A program made the position numbers and the translations under genes. A stretch of 64,000 bases of DNA, from positions 229,460 to 293,459 of the forward strand of contig CAZXML010000001.1 in assembly GCA_964641245.1 (NCBI GenBank). The letters run 5' to 3'. Each line of letters opens with the position of its first letter. The first letter of the stretch is position 1. The DNA comes from an uncultured Gammaproteobacteria bacterium. GTDB lineage: Bacteria; Patescibacteriota; Patescibacteriia; Magasanikbacterales; GWA2-37-8. A model generated the notes under the pieces. The model searched no databases and had not been told where the DNA came from. It was given only the letters and a program-made list of their open reading frames with translations. This document shows, piece after piece, positions 35,578 to 44,859 of this stretch.

Positions 35578-36896
35578 GCGGATAACACTTCTCTGGCAAC
35601 ACGGCGGTCATCCCAAACAATTTTCTTTCCCCCGGCCACCGCAATATACGGCTCCGTGCCTTTGGCGGTAATAACCACCACGTCTCCGGCTTGAGCCAAG
35701 GAAACGGCTTTAATTATTGCCTGACGACGGTCCACAATCACAAACAAGTCTGCATTGTCTTTTTTTCCGGACGAACGCGCGCCAACCGCCAGCATTTCGG
35801 CAATTTGTTCCGGATCTTCATCGTAACAGTTCACATCTGTAATTATAACATAATCGGTTAATTTACCTGCTATTTGCCCCATAGATTCTCTTTTGCTTTT
35901 GTCGCGACCGCCGCCGTCGGACCCAACCACCGCAATAATTTTGTGGTCATGACCAACCATTTCACGCAAACTTTTAAACAATTCGGTTAAACTTACGGGT
36001 TCGTGCGCATAATCTACTATCACCTTAAAATTTTGTCCTTCATCAATTAATTCCATTCTGCCCTCCACTAATTTTACGCTCGCCAACCCTTCGGCAATTT
36101 TCTCATCGGAAATTTTCTGCGCCCTGCCCACCGCAATCGCAGCCAGCGCGTTGTAAACGTTAAACCGGCCGATTATATTTAATCTGAATTTTTTGCCACC
36201 GACTGTAAAATCAGAACCATTCTGATCGGAAACGATATTTTCTCCGCTTAATAATTTTGTCGCGCTGTTTTTGTCATTGCGAGGAGCTAAAAGCGACGTG
36301 GCAATCCCATTGTTGGCACTACCAGTACTGTGGGATTGCTTCGCTTTGCTCGCAATGACAGAAAACGCCCACTTCTCCACCGCCGGAAAACTCAAAAAAT
36401 AATCCGCATGCTCATCATCCGTATTAGCAACAATTGTTTTTGCTTTCGCAAAAATTTTGGCTTTGTCTTTTTTTAGATTATCAAATCCACCGTGGCGTTC
36501 CGAATGTTCGGTTCCTAAATTAGTAAACACCGCCGTATGGTAATTCAATCCGATATGCCGGTACTGCAAAATTCCTTCCGAAGATGTTTCCACCACCGCG
36601 TATTTGCACCCGGCTTTTACCATTTGTTTTAATAAACTCTGAATTTTCCCTCGCCCTAGCATGGTCATTTTTTTATCGTTCAGCCAGCGCTTATTGGCCA
36701 CCTGAAATTCTACGGTGCTTAGTAGCCCAACTTTATTTCCTCCCGCTTCTAAAACAGACGCAATAAGCCGGCAAGTGGTAGACTTGCCCTTGGTGCCGGT
36801 TACCCCAATCACAGTTAATTTTCGGGCCGGCCGGCCATACCACCAATAAGCGGACCAGGCCAATAAAAAATGAAGGATTTTCTTAAAAAAAGACAT
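35559..36896 (-). CDS. Mur ligase family protein (MurE-like UDP-N-acetylmuramoyl-tripeptide ligase).
   Basis: VIGVTGTKGKSTT (P-loop), DYAHEPVSL and AKGTEPY motifs are present. It carries a ~30-aa in-frame repeat-encoded insertion (SVIASKAKQSHSTGSANNGIATSLLAPRND). Confidence 0.75.
   Translation of the reverse strand: MSFFKKILHFLLAWSAYWWYGRPARKLTVIGVTGTKGKSTTCRLIASVLEAGGNKVGLLSTVEFQVANKRWLNDKKMTMLGRGKIQSLLKQMVKAGCKYAVVETSSEGILQYRHIGLNYHTAVFTNLGTEHSERHGGFDNLKKDKAKIFAKAKTIVANTDDEHADYFLSFPAVEKWAFSVIASKAKQSHSTGSANNGIATSLLAPRNDKNSATKLLSGENIVSDQNGSDFTVGGKKFRLNIIGRFNVYNALAAIAVGRAQKISDEKIAEGLASVKLVEGRMELIDEGQNFKVIVDYAHEPVSLTELFKSLREMVGHDHKIIAVVGSDGGGRDKSKRESMGQIAGKLTDYVIITDVNCYDEDPEQIAEMLAVGARSSGKKDNADLFVIVDRRQAIIKAVSLAQAGDVVVITAKGTEPYIAVAGGKKIVWDDRRVAREVLSALSSRT
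36272..36360. repeat. Family B element (GTCATTGCGAGGAG...GCTCGCAATGACA) lying in-frame inside the Mur ligase gene.
   Basis: tgtcattgcgaggagctaaaagcgacgtggcaatcccattgttggcactaccagtactgtgggattgcttcgctttgctcgcaatgaca. Intergenic copies lie at 52370 and 53868. Confidence 0.85.
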
Positions 36897-36960
36897 AAAA
36901 TTTATGGCTGATACCTAAAAATTATACCAAAAAAATGGCAAAATGACAAGCTGCATTATG

Positions 36961-38130
36961 TAGAAGATGAGATACATCGGTAACACTCCACGCTTCTCGG
37001 CAAAGCTCCTGAAGCAGGGTAAAGTACCGACATATGACACATCCCAACTCTCTTAAATGGCTGTTCCTGACCAAGGAAAAGCTACCACAGGTTTTTTTCA
37101 GAGACAACCAAAAGAAATTGCTTGCCCATCATGATCGTTGGCGGCGAACCGCAGGCCTCCTTAAATTATCCAAGGGCGCGAAGAGCCGCCTCGAGTGGAT
37201 GATATTTTATGAAACGAAAGGTGAGCGGAATGCTCGTTTAACTGCCAGGCATTTCGGCATCGTTCCCAAGACTTTTTATCAATGGCATAATCGCTTTGAT
37301 GAAGGCGACCTTAAAACGCTCGAAGAGCGTTCACGCGCGCCCGTTAGCAAACGGGTGCGGGAGTACACACCCCTCCAGTATGTCCGGGTAATTAAACTTC
37401 GCAAGGAACATATCCGGTGGGGCAAGATGAAGCTTTTAAAACTGTATCAAGATGACTTTCCAAAAGATGCAACAATTACCAGTTGGAAGGTTCAATGTAT
37501 TATTGAAGTATCCGGCATCTACTACCACCCTCAAAAACAAGCTAGAATCAACCGCAAACGCATATTGTCGGTGAAGCGGAAGAAGATTACTGACCTCGCC
37601 AAAAAACCACGGCAGGGTTTTTTGGTATGTCTCGACACAATCGTGCGTTATGTTGCCGGACAGAAGCGCTACATTTTGACGGCGATTGACCAATACTCAA
37701 AAATTACCTTTGGCCGAATGTACACGACACATAGCTCGGCAAACGCGAGGGACTTTCTTCACCGCCTCCACTATCTGCTTGACGGAAAGATTGAAAACAT
37801 TCAAACTGACAACGGCAGTGAATTCAAATTGCATTTTGATACGGCCTTAACGAAGTTGAATATTCCACACTACCATTCTCGGGTAAGGACACCAAAAGAT
37901 AACGCGGTGAACGAACGGTTCAATCGTACCCTAGATGAAGAATTCCTGGCTATGGGCAATCTGATGGCAGATACCGTTCTTTTTAACCAACGTCTGACTG
38001 AGTGGCTGGTAGAATACAACTTCAAACGTCCGCATCAATCTCTGGGGTATCTACCACCAATTAACTTTCATTTTAAATATCATAAAGTGTTACCGATGTA
38101 CCCGTCTAGTACAACTGATTGACACATCGC
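36961..38130 (+). mobile_element. IS481-family insertion sequence (single transposase ORF).
   Basis: Transposase 37034-38122 (362 aa) has an N-terminal HTH and an rve/DDE core (DNGSEF...RPHQSLGY). An imperfect terminal repeat core TACATCGGTAACACT lies at both ends. The left end is defined by comparison with the remnant at 23519-23624. The right boundary is approximate. Confidence 0.8.
37034..38122 (+). CDS. IS481-family DDE transposase.
   Basis: HTH, integrase core D...D...E region, DNGSEFK and KRPHQSLGYLPP are present. Confidence 0.85.
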   Translation: MTHPNSLKWLFLTKEKLPQVFFRDNQKKLLAHHDRWRRTAGLLKLSKGAKSRLEWMIFYETKGERNARLTARHFGIVPKTFYQWHNRFDEGDLKTLEERSRAPVSKRVREYTPLQYVRVIKLRKEHIRWGKMKLLKLYQDDFPKDATITSWKVQCIIEVSGIYYHPQKQARINRKRILSVKRKKITDLAKKPRQGFLVCLDTIVRYVAGQKRYILTAIDQYSKITFGRMYTTHSSANARDFLHRLHYLLDGKIENIQTDNGSEFKLHFDTALTKLNIPHYHSRVRTPKDNAVNERFNRTLDEEFLAMGNLMADTVLFNQRLTEWLVEYNFKRPHQSLGYLPPINFHFKYHKVLPMYPSSTTD

Positions 38131-38147
38131 GCCAATTATGATACACT
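38119..38147 (+). promoter_or_regulatory. Candidate outward-reading promoter created by the IS right end.
   Basis: TTGACA (38119-38124, overlapping the transposase stop), a 17-nt spacer, then TACACT. An aggaaggg RBS precedes the ATG at 38180. Confidence 0.3.
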
Positions 38148-38179
38148 CATCACAGATACAAACAGAAAGGAAGGGTCGC

Positions 38180-38662
38180 ATGAAACGATGTACATCCTGC
38201 GGAAAGTCCGATTTACGTTTGGGTACAGTGTCTCACCACCTATCGGTCGGTGGGTATAAATTTAGCGGGCGAATGCCTGGCGAAATCTGTGATACATGTG
38301 GCAGAGAGACTGTGGAAGCTAAGTATTTGGTGACATTCGAGCTGGTGGTGGCTGGACTATTCGCTGAATCGGGACTAACCTCAACACCTGAAGCGTTCCA
38401 TTTCATGCGCCATTCGCTAGGTATGACGGCTGTTGAAATGGCAAGCCTGTTCGGAGTGACGCCCGAAACAGTTTCCCGATGGGAAAATGGAAAACTCCCA
38501 ATCGAAACGCGGTCCCTCGCGCTACTTGGTTGCATGGTCATGGATGCGGTTAATCGACGCAAGAATACCATGAATTTGCTCCACGCAGTTCGTTCGCCCA
38601 CGAATATGAAGGGGATAGTACTGGTGCTTGATGGAGTCAATGTCTGGGCTGACGTGCCCTAA
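38180..38662 (+). CDS. MqsA-like protein (N-terminal CxxC...CxxC zinc ribbon plus XRE-type HTH).
   Basis: MKRCTSCGKSDLRLG...GEICDTCGRETV zinc ribbon, then MTAVEMASLFGVTPETVSRWENGK HTH. No MqsR-like toxin is adjacent. Confidence 0.55.
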   Translation: MKRCTSCGKSDLRLGTVSHHLSVGGYKFSGRMPGEICDTCGRETVEAKYLVTFELVVAGLFAESGLTSTPEAFHFMRHSLGMTAVEMASLFGVTPETVSRWENGKLPIETRSLALLGCMVMDAVNRRKNTMNLLHAVRSPTNMKGIVLVLDGVNVWADVP

Positions 38663-38725
38663 AACACCTGCTAATTAGTTAGTTCCTTTGTCGCCAAAGC
38701 GTAATGCGGAGGCGATTTTTTTATA

Positions 38726-38754
38726 TTGACAAAACCCTATTTTTAGGGTATACC
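38726..38754 (+). promoter_or_regulatory. Sigma70-like promoter overlapping a perfect palindrome.
   Basis: TTGACA, then aaaCCCTAtttttTAGGGta (17 nt), then TATACC. An AGGAGG RBS and an 11-codon ORF (MMPESIVPANT) follow. Confidence 0.35.
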
Positions 38755-38938
38755 TACTCCTAGTTTTTAGGAGGTGTTCAGATGATGCCGGAATCAATCG
38801 TTCCGGCTAATACGTGAAGGTGCGGGAAAATTCGTAATGTTGGCAGTTTGCTTTACGGATAACCGCTATCCAGGGCTTGGCTCCGGAATATATTTCGGGA
38901 TTCGCAACCCCAAATGACGGGGGTTTTTCATTTAATTT

Positions 38939-39511
38939 TTACTGTCTAATACTTACTTCGTAAAGAATCTGCTCCAACTTATGCAAAGCCTGTTTGGCCT
39001 GATCAAACTTCTGGCGATTATAGCCGGTCAAATTCATATCTACCAATTCGGTAATAATTTCATCGGCAACTTTACTGCATCTTTTTACTTCTTCGTATTT
39101 TTTTTCGGTGGCGGATTTTATGGCGTAACGCAAAAGTTCTCCGGGCACATCGCATAAACCGCTGATAAAAATATCCGAATCAACCTTGATTTTTGCTATC
39201 TTGCCGATAGTTTTCTTGTGCAGATACTGATTAAAAATAGAAGCCTCCACAAATTCTTCCAACGCCGCTTTATATGAACCCTCTTCAAAAATTCCCGGGT
39301 CTTTCTTATTTTTTAAATTTAAGTCCAGCAGTATTTTTTCCGCCTGACCCAAATAATTTTGCCCTTCGCTTGCATCGTCTCTTTGCATGGCAAATATCGC
39401 CTTCTTCGCCAGAAATTGCGCATCACCCGCTGATTTTATAATCCCCCGCCGTTTGGCGGAATAATCCAATAATTCCTGGCGTACCTGGTTGAAATATTTT
39501 TTGTCCAACAT
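38939..39511 (-). CDS. Translin-family protein (bacterial homologue).
   Basis: 190-aa all-helical protein. The C-terminus KLEQILYEVSIRQ matches translin KVEEVVYDLSIRG, with further alignable helices (LLRYAIKSA..., NLTGYNRQKFDQ). Confidence 0.5.
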   Translation of the reverse strand: MLDKKYFNQVRQELLDYSAKRRGIIKSAGDAQFLAKKAIFAMQRDDASEGQNYLGQAEKILLDLNLKNKKDPGIFEEGSYKAALEEFVEASIFNQYLHKKTIGKIAKIKVDSDIFISGLCDVPGELLRYAIKSATEKKYEEVKRCSKVADEIITELVDMNLTGYNRQKFDQAKQALHKLEQILYEVSIRQ

Positions 39512-39512
39512 A

Positions 39513-40511
39513 CTATTCTTTTTTTAACTGTTTAATATAATCCGAAATATCATTTACACCCTTACTCTCCAACCACAACCACCATTCCGCCCCCCAAAGA
39601 TACGCCCTGGGCATGCCGGTTCGCGCGGCAAATTCAACATTGCTTTTTAATCTGGCCAAGTTCATTGATTTATATTGTTCGGCGAGCGGTGTTTCGGCAA
39701 ACGGCGTATTTGGTATCCACGGTTCGGCCTGAAGTTCGGTAATAAACGCGCTGTTCGTGCCCCGACCATTAAGCCACAGCCTGGCGGTATATGCAAGCGG
39801 TGACAAAATCCAGTCATAAGTCCAATAACCGAATGTTTTATCCCAAACAACTCTGTATAAAGTAGCGCCAAACAAATCTGCCGACTTAGCCGAACGAAAC
39901 CACATACTCAATTCTCCGCTGTCGGTAACCATGGTTTGGTGCGATGAGTCAAGTTGTTTTACCAATTCCACTTCTTCTTTTAGTTCCTGTTTGGCAATCG
40001 GTCCGCAACCTCCAAAACTCAAAAATGGTTCGTTTTCCACCTGCCAAATTTCCAGCGCCGGATTATTTTTATAACGTTCCACTGTAATTTTGATAAAACT
40101 TAACACGTCGGGCTGATGACTGCCATGGCTGGAAGCGTCTACCCAGTTGGGATAATGACATTCAGGCCAGCGCGGAGTTTTGTGTCCAACTGCCAAAACT
40201 ACTTTGGCGTTTCTTTTACCCGCCTCGTTCATCATCCAGTCCAAATCATTCCAATCGTATTGGCCTTTTGTTTTTTCTATTAAATCCCACTGCGCGGATA
40301 ACCGGATATATTTAAACTGCCAGTTATCTAAAATTTTTATATATGAATCCCGCGGGTTAAGGCCCAAAAAAGATGCGTATTCCGTGTTAAAACTAACGCC
40401 GTAAATCATTTTATTATTTTTGAAGCCGGAAAATTTTATAAGATAAATCCAAGCCGCCGCAATTACGGCTATCGCAAAAATTATCCACATAGTTTTTTTT
40501 GTTTTAAACAT
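39513..40511 (-). CDS. Clan GH-A (GH5/GH113-like) glycoside hydrolase, membrane anchored.
   Basis: N-terminal TM helix, then a TIM-barrel-like sequence with the catalytic WQVENEP (NEP acid/base motif). Start assigned to MFKTKK at 40511. Confidence 0.55.
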   Translation of the reverse strand: MFKTKKTMWIIFAIAVIAAAWIYLIKFSGFKNNKMIYGVSFNTEYASFLGLNPRDSYIKILDNWQFKYIRLSAQWDLIEKTKGQYDWNDLDWMMNEAGKRNAKVVLAVGHKTPRWPECHYPNWVDASSHGSHQPDVLSFIKITVERYKNNPALEIWQVENEPFLSFGGCGPIAKQELKEEVELVKQLDSSHQTMVTDSGELSMWFRSAKSADLFGATLYRVVWDKTFGYWTYDWILSPLAYTARLWLNGRGTNSAFITELQAEPWIPNTPFAETPLAEQYKSMNLARLKSNVEFAARTGMPRAYLWGAEWWLWLESKGVNDISDYIKQLKKE

Positions 40512-40512
40512 G

Positions 40513-41445
40513 CTACTTAAATAATAATAAAAACAAACCAACACTGATGATAAATACAGCTATCGCTTTTTGAATTATTTCTTTTTTGGTAAATGATTCT
40601 TTTATTATTTTGGGGAAGAATTTTGACATAAGAGCCACAACCACGATAAGTATGGCGTATTGCACTCCGGCGAGCGCGTTTACCAGCGAAACACTGCCAA
40701 TGGCCATGGCGTATTGCAATAAAACTGACCCCATTACTCCAAACGCGAGATCCACGGCAATCAAAACAAGACGTTTTTTACTTGCCGCTTTCTCGGTTAT
40801 TGTTTGTTCTTTTTTACTAAAAATTGCGCGGATGGACGGATTTATAATTAAGGCTAAACCAAAAATACCGATTGGCAATTTGGTCAAAACAAAACCATTA
40901 TAAAAACCATACGCGTCGTAAGCATATTTTGCGGCCACATGCGAAACGGCAAAAAATAATCCGGCCACTACCCCCCACTCCAGACCGCGACGCCAACCCC
41001 GAAGGGGCCCCTTTGAGGCCAGCTGTTGCGCGCTTTGATCAAACGAAATTACTAGTGAGCCGATGATTAAAATAGTAGCCGCTAACAGGTGGTAAGGGGT
41101 TAAATTTTCTCCCAAAAAAATCCGGCTAAAAAATAAAATAAAAAAAGGCGCGGCCGCCCCAATGAGCGGTCCGATGTGGCTAATTTCGCTTTTCTGAATA
41201 CCAATATACATTGTCCACAAACCAAGGACGAAGCAGAAGCCCGATACGGCAAAAATTAAATAGTCTGTCTGGACAGCGGGCATTTTTATCCCAAATGGCA
41301 GGAGTAGAAAAAACGGCAGAACAATAATTGAGGAATAAAAAACAAAGATAATCGGTTTAACAACAGATTTGCTTAAAATGTATTTATCCATGACGCCCAC
41401 AATCGCCAGTAGCGCGTTTCCGATTAAAGCCACGAGAAGCCACAT
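40513..41445 (-). CDS. EamA/DMT-family transporter.
   Basis: 310 aa with 10 predicted TM helices as two EamA repeats. Confidence 0.7.
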   Translation of the reverse strand: MWLLVALIGNALLAIVGVMDKYILSKSVVKPIIFVFYSSIIVLPFFLLLPFGIKMPAVQTDYLIFAVSGFCFVLGLWTMYIGIQKSEISHIGPLIGAAAPFFILFFSRIFLGENLTPYHLLAATILIIGSLVISFDQSAQQLASKGPLRGWRRGLEWGVVAGLFFAVSHVAAKYAYDAYGFYNGFVLTKLPIGIFGLALIINPSIRAIFSKKEQTITEKAASKKRLVLIAVDLAFGVMGSVLLQYAMAIGSVSLVNALAGVQYAILIVVVALMSKFFPKIIKESFTKKEIIQKAIAVFIISVGLFLLLFK

Positions 41446-41740
41446 AATAATAAAAATAAAAAACTAATGATTAAGAAATTGATGACTAGGAAATTAATTT
41501 CTTTATTTCATAATTTCCCAATAATTTTATTGGTTATATTTTACCATTAAAAACAGTCCGGGACAAATATCTGACCTTCAAAAACGACCGTTTACCCCTT
41601 GACAAAACCGCTAAAATATGCTATAGTATGCGGTTCTATTTGTAAATCAAAATAGAGCAAATTTATATAGGCTACGCATATATTCTCATTCGCTCGGACA
41701 TAGTTTGGCAAGCCAACTATGCCACTCACTCATTTCAAAT

Positions 41741-42901
41741 ATGAAAATATTCATGATTGGACAAAAAGGCATCCCAGCCATCTACGGGGGCATAGAACGC
41801 CACGTGGAGGAGCTGTCGGTAGAATTGGCTAAACAGAGCCATGATGTTGTGGTATATGCCCGTGAGTGGTATACGCCAAAAAACATCGCTACCTACCACG
41901 GCGTGCGGATTGTGCACACGCCTACTTTGCGTACCAAACATTTTGACGCTATTTTTCACACCTTTACTTCTACTATCCACGCGCTTTTTCAAAAGGCGGA
42001 CGTGATTCATTATCATGGTGTTGGACCGGCATTACTCTCTTGGATTCCGAGAATTTTTTCTCCTAAAACTAAAGTGGTAGTAACCATGCATTGTTTGGAC
42101 CGCTATCACCAGAAATGGGGATTTTTGGCTCGATTCATGTTGCGTATGGGTGAATGGATGGGTTGTGTTTTTGCTCATCAGGCTATTTCGGTGTCAAAAA
42201 CAATTCAAAATTATTGTTTAAATGAATACCAAAAATCAACCGCTTATATTCCTAACGGCGTTGTGCCGGCTGAGCCGCAAAATTGTTCGCTGATTGATCA
42301 GTGGGATATTGCGCCGGGAAAATATTTACTGATGGTTTCCCGTTTGGTGAAACACAAAGGCGCCCACTATTTGTTGGAAGCGTGGCAGTTTGCGCGTCAG
42401 CAAAATCCGGAATTACTGAAGGATTATAAGTTGGTGATTGTCGGCGACGCCGCTTTTACCGATGATTACGTGGCCCAGTTGCGCCACATTGCCCGCGGTG
42501 ATAACAGCATTATCTTTACCGGCTGGCAAAAAGGCCGGGCTTTGGATGAGTTGTATGCCAACTCCACTATGTTGGTGCACCCTTCCGAAAATGAAGGTTT
42601 GCCGATTACTGTTTTGCAGGCCATGAGTCACGCGCGACCGGTATTGGTTTCGGATATTTCCGAACACAAAGAAGTTATCAGCGATGAACGTTTTTGGTTT
42701 AGCAACACCAACATTATTTCCTTGGCGCAAAAAATTACCGAACTGATGCAAAATCCGGAATTGCTGAAAGAAAAAGGAATAAAAAATAAAGCGCTGGTAG
42801 AAAAGAATTACAATTGGAAAGACATCACCAAACAAACCATCGCGCTTTACACTTCTCCCAAAACCAAAGCCCTCAAAAAATTAACGACTTTAGAGGCATA
42901 A
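41741..42901 (+). CDS. GT4-family glycosyltransferase.
   Basis: MKIFMIGQKGIPAIYGGIERHVEEL N-terminus and a C-terminal E...EGLPITVLQAMSHARPVLVSD GT4 motif. The ORF-track start at 41705 is a TTG; the ATG at 41741 is preferred. Confidence 0.75.
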   Translation: MKIFMIGQKGIPAIYGGIERHVEELSVELAKQSHDVVVYAREWYTPKNIATYHGVRIVHTPTLRTKHFDAIFHTFTSTIHALFQKADVIHYHGVGPALLSWIPRIFSPKTKVVVTMHCLDRYHQKWGFLARFMLRMGEWMGCVFAHQAISVSKTIQNYCLNEYQKSTAYIPNGVVPAEPQNCSLIDQWDIAPGKYLLMVSRLVKHKGAHYLLEAWQFARQQNPELLKDYKLVIVGDAAFTDDYVAQLRHIARGDNSIIFTGWQKGRALDELYANSTMLVHPSENEGLPITVLQAMSHARPVLVSDISEHKEVISDERFWFSNTNIISLAQKITELMQNPELLKEKGIKNKALVEKNYNWKDITKQTIALYTSPKTKALKKLTTLEA

Positions 42902-42926
42902 AAAATCCCGACTTAATCGGGATTTT

Positions 42927-44147
42927 TTAATTGTTTTTTACCTCCGCGTAAACCGCCTCCAGCCTGTCAAAGTAATCTTCCGGACGGTGGTTTTGTTCTA
43001 GGGTTTTAACCGCGTTGGCGGAAATAACGGCGGCTTCTTCGTCTGATGTGTCCATGGCGCGTTTAATGACGCGGGCCAAATCGGACGGATCTTCCGGCTT
43101 GCACAAAAATCCGCTGATGCCGTCTTTTATCAGTTCGGGATTGCCGCCGCGGTCTACAGAGACGACGATACGGCCGTAGCTGAAGGCTTCCAAAATTCCC
43201 ATGGAACAATTTTCATAAAATAATGAGGGGACAACAATTACTTTGGCCTCCAACATTGTTTTCTGCCACGAATCTCCGCCCACCCAGCCCACCCGTTCTA
43301 CGTTGGAAAGAATATTTTTGCGCGCAAATTCCGCCACCCATTCATCTTCCGGGCCGTTGCCGGCGATTAAAACTTTATAATCGCGCAGTTCTTTGGCGGC
43401 TTCCATTAAAATTTTAATTCCTTTTTCGTAATGAATGCGCCCGAGATAAACTATTTTGTTGCCCAGCGGAGGAATAACGACTTGCGGTTTAAACGGGTTA
43501 GGAACGACCCGCATTTTTTCTTCCGGAAATCCGAACTCAACCATTTTATCGGCCATAAATTGGCTGGGGCAAATATACAAATCTATATGTTTCCAGATTT
43601 TTTTAAACTGATAATAATAAGTTTCCAAAGTGCCGACAATGCTGGGCAAAAGTTTTCTGTTTATACAGCGGTAGCGGATGCAATTGTATGGTTTATTTTT
43701 ATAACAATTTTCGCAAAGAGTTTCGCCTTTAAGCAGACTATGATTGGGGCAGAGAGGAAAAACATCGTGCACGGTTAATACGGTGGGGATTTTTAATTCG
43801 TAAAGTTTGGTAAAAGTGCTGGCGGATAAATGATGATAAACATTGTGCAGATGGGCCACTTCGGGTTCCACGGCCATTACCAGCGCGCCCAATTTTTGTT
43901 CTATTTCCTGCGAATGGAATAAACGCTTAAAAATTTTCCAAGCCGTGGCCGGATCCTGCTTCCGCAAAAGTTCCGGCAGACCGGATGCAAAGTACGCCGA
44001 ATAATCCGACGGCAAATTGCTGGGATGAACCATGGAAAATTCGCTGACCTCGTGCCCGCGTTCACGAAGACCGTTGACCGTTTGAAAAAAAACAGTCTCG
44101 GCTCCGCCACGGCGGTAGAAAAATTTGTTTACTTGTAGGATTCTCAT
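42927..44147 (-). CDS. GT4-family glycosyltransferase.
   Basis: MRILQVNKFFYRRGGAETV...ENCSMGILEAFSYGRIVVSVDRGGNPELI. Confidence 0.75.
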   Translation of the reverse strand: MRILQVNKFFYRRGGAETVFFQTVNGLRERGHEVSEFSMVHPSNLPSDYSAYFASGLPELLRKQDPATAWKIFKRLFHSQEIEQKLGALVMAVEPEVAHLHNVYHHLSASTFTKLYELKIPTVLTVHDVFPLCPNHSLLKGETLCENCYKNKPYNCIRYRCINRKLLPSIVGTLETYYYQFKKIWKHIDLYICPSQFMADKMVEFGFPEEKMRVVPNPFKPQVVIPPLGNKIVYLGRIHYEKGIKILMEAAKELRDYKVLIAGNGPEDEWVAEFARKNILSNVERVGWVGGDSWQKTMLEAKVIVVPSLFYENCSMGILEAFSYGRIVVSVDRGGNPELIKDGISGFLCKPEDPSDLARVIKRAMDTSDEEAAVISANAVKTLEQNHRPEDYFDRLEAVYAEVKNN

Positions 44148-44148
44148 A

Positions 44149-44859
44149 TTATTTAACGGCTATGGCGATAAGATTCCGTCCGCCTTTTTTATCTGTCCAG
44201 TTTGTTCTCTCGCTGTAGTCAATTTTTTTTATTTTGAATCCGGCTTCTGTTAATAACCCGCTTAATTCTTCTTTGGGAAAATGATGATAATATCTTTCGG
44301 CTAATTGCTCGCCTTCAGGAGTTTTCCAGGGAACCAGAAAATCATTTTCTCCGATTTGCTTCCAACTTTTGTCTATTTTACTTTTTGCCCAATCGCTTTC
44401 CAGATTCCAAACCGTAATAATTAATTTTCCGGACGGTTTTAATTGTTTATAAACATCTTTTAATAATTCCAAACGGCTTTGTTTGTCCGGCAAATGATGA
44501 AACGAAGCAATCATGAAAACCAGATCAAAAAAATCTTTTGAGAAGCTCTTTTTTTTCTTGGCGGTGGAAAAAAATTTTATCCAACCTTCTTTTATTTCTT
44601 TTTGGTAATTTTTTTTCGCGATTTTTAATAATTCATCGCTTTGGTCCGTGCCAATATAATTCACCCGCTTCTCTTTTAACAATAAAACCAACCGGCCGTT
44701 TCCACAGCCCCAATCCAAAATATTCTGCCCGTTTTTTATAAACGGTTTAAACATTTCCAGCTCGCCGGCGTTATTTCTGGTGCTGTCAAAATACCTGGCT
44801 ATACGGTTGTAATCTTCGCGGGTTTTGTGTATAATCTTAGTTGTATCTTTTCTTAACAT
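44149..44859 (-). CDS. Class I SAM-dependent methyltransferase.
   Basis: Motif I ILDWGCGNGRLV in a Rossmann layout. Confidence 0.7.
   Translation of the reverse strand: MLRKDTTKIIHKTREDYNRIARYFDSTRNNAGELEMFKPFIKNGQNILDWGCGNGRLVLLLKEKRVNYIGTDQSDELLKIAKKNYQKEIKEGWIKFFSTAKKKKSFSKDFFDLVFMIASFHHLPDKQSRLELLKDVYKQLKPSGKLIITVWNLESDWAKSKIDKSWKQIGENDFLVPWKTPEGEQLAERYYHHFPKEELSGLLTEAGFKIKKIDYSERTNWTDKKGGRNLIAIAVK

Noticed and set aside
41705-41740. TTG start at 41705 for the GT4 gene (ORF track).
   Set aside because: The in-frame ATG at 41741 gives the canonical MKIFMIG GT4 N-terminus. The upstream extension has no support.
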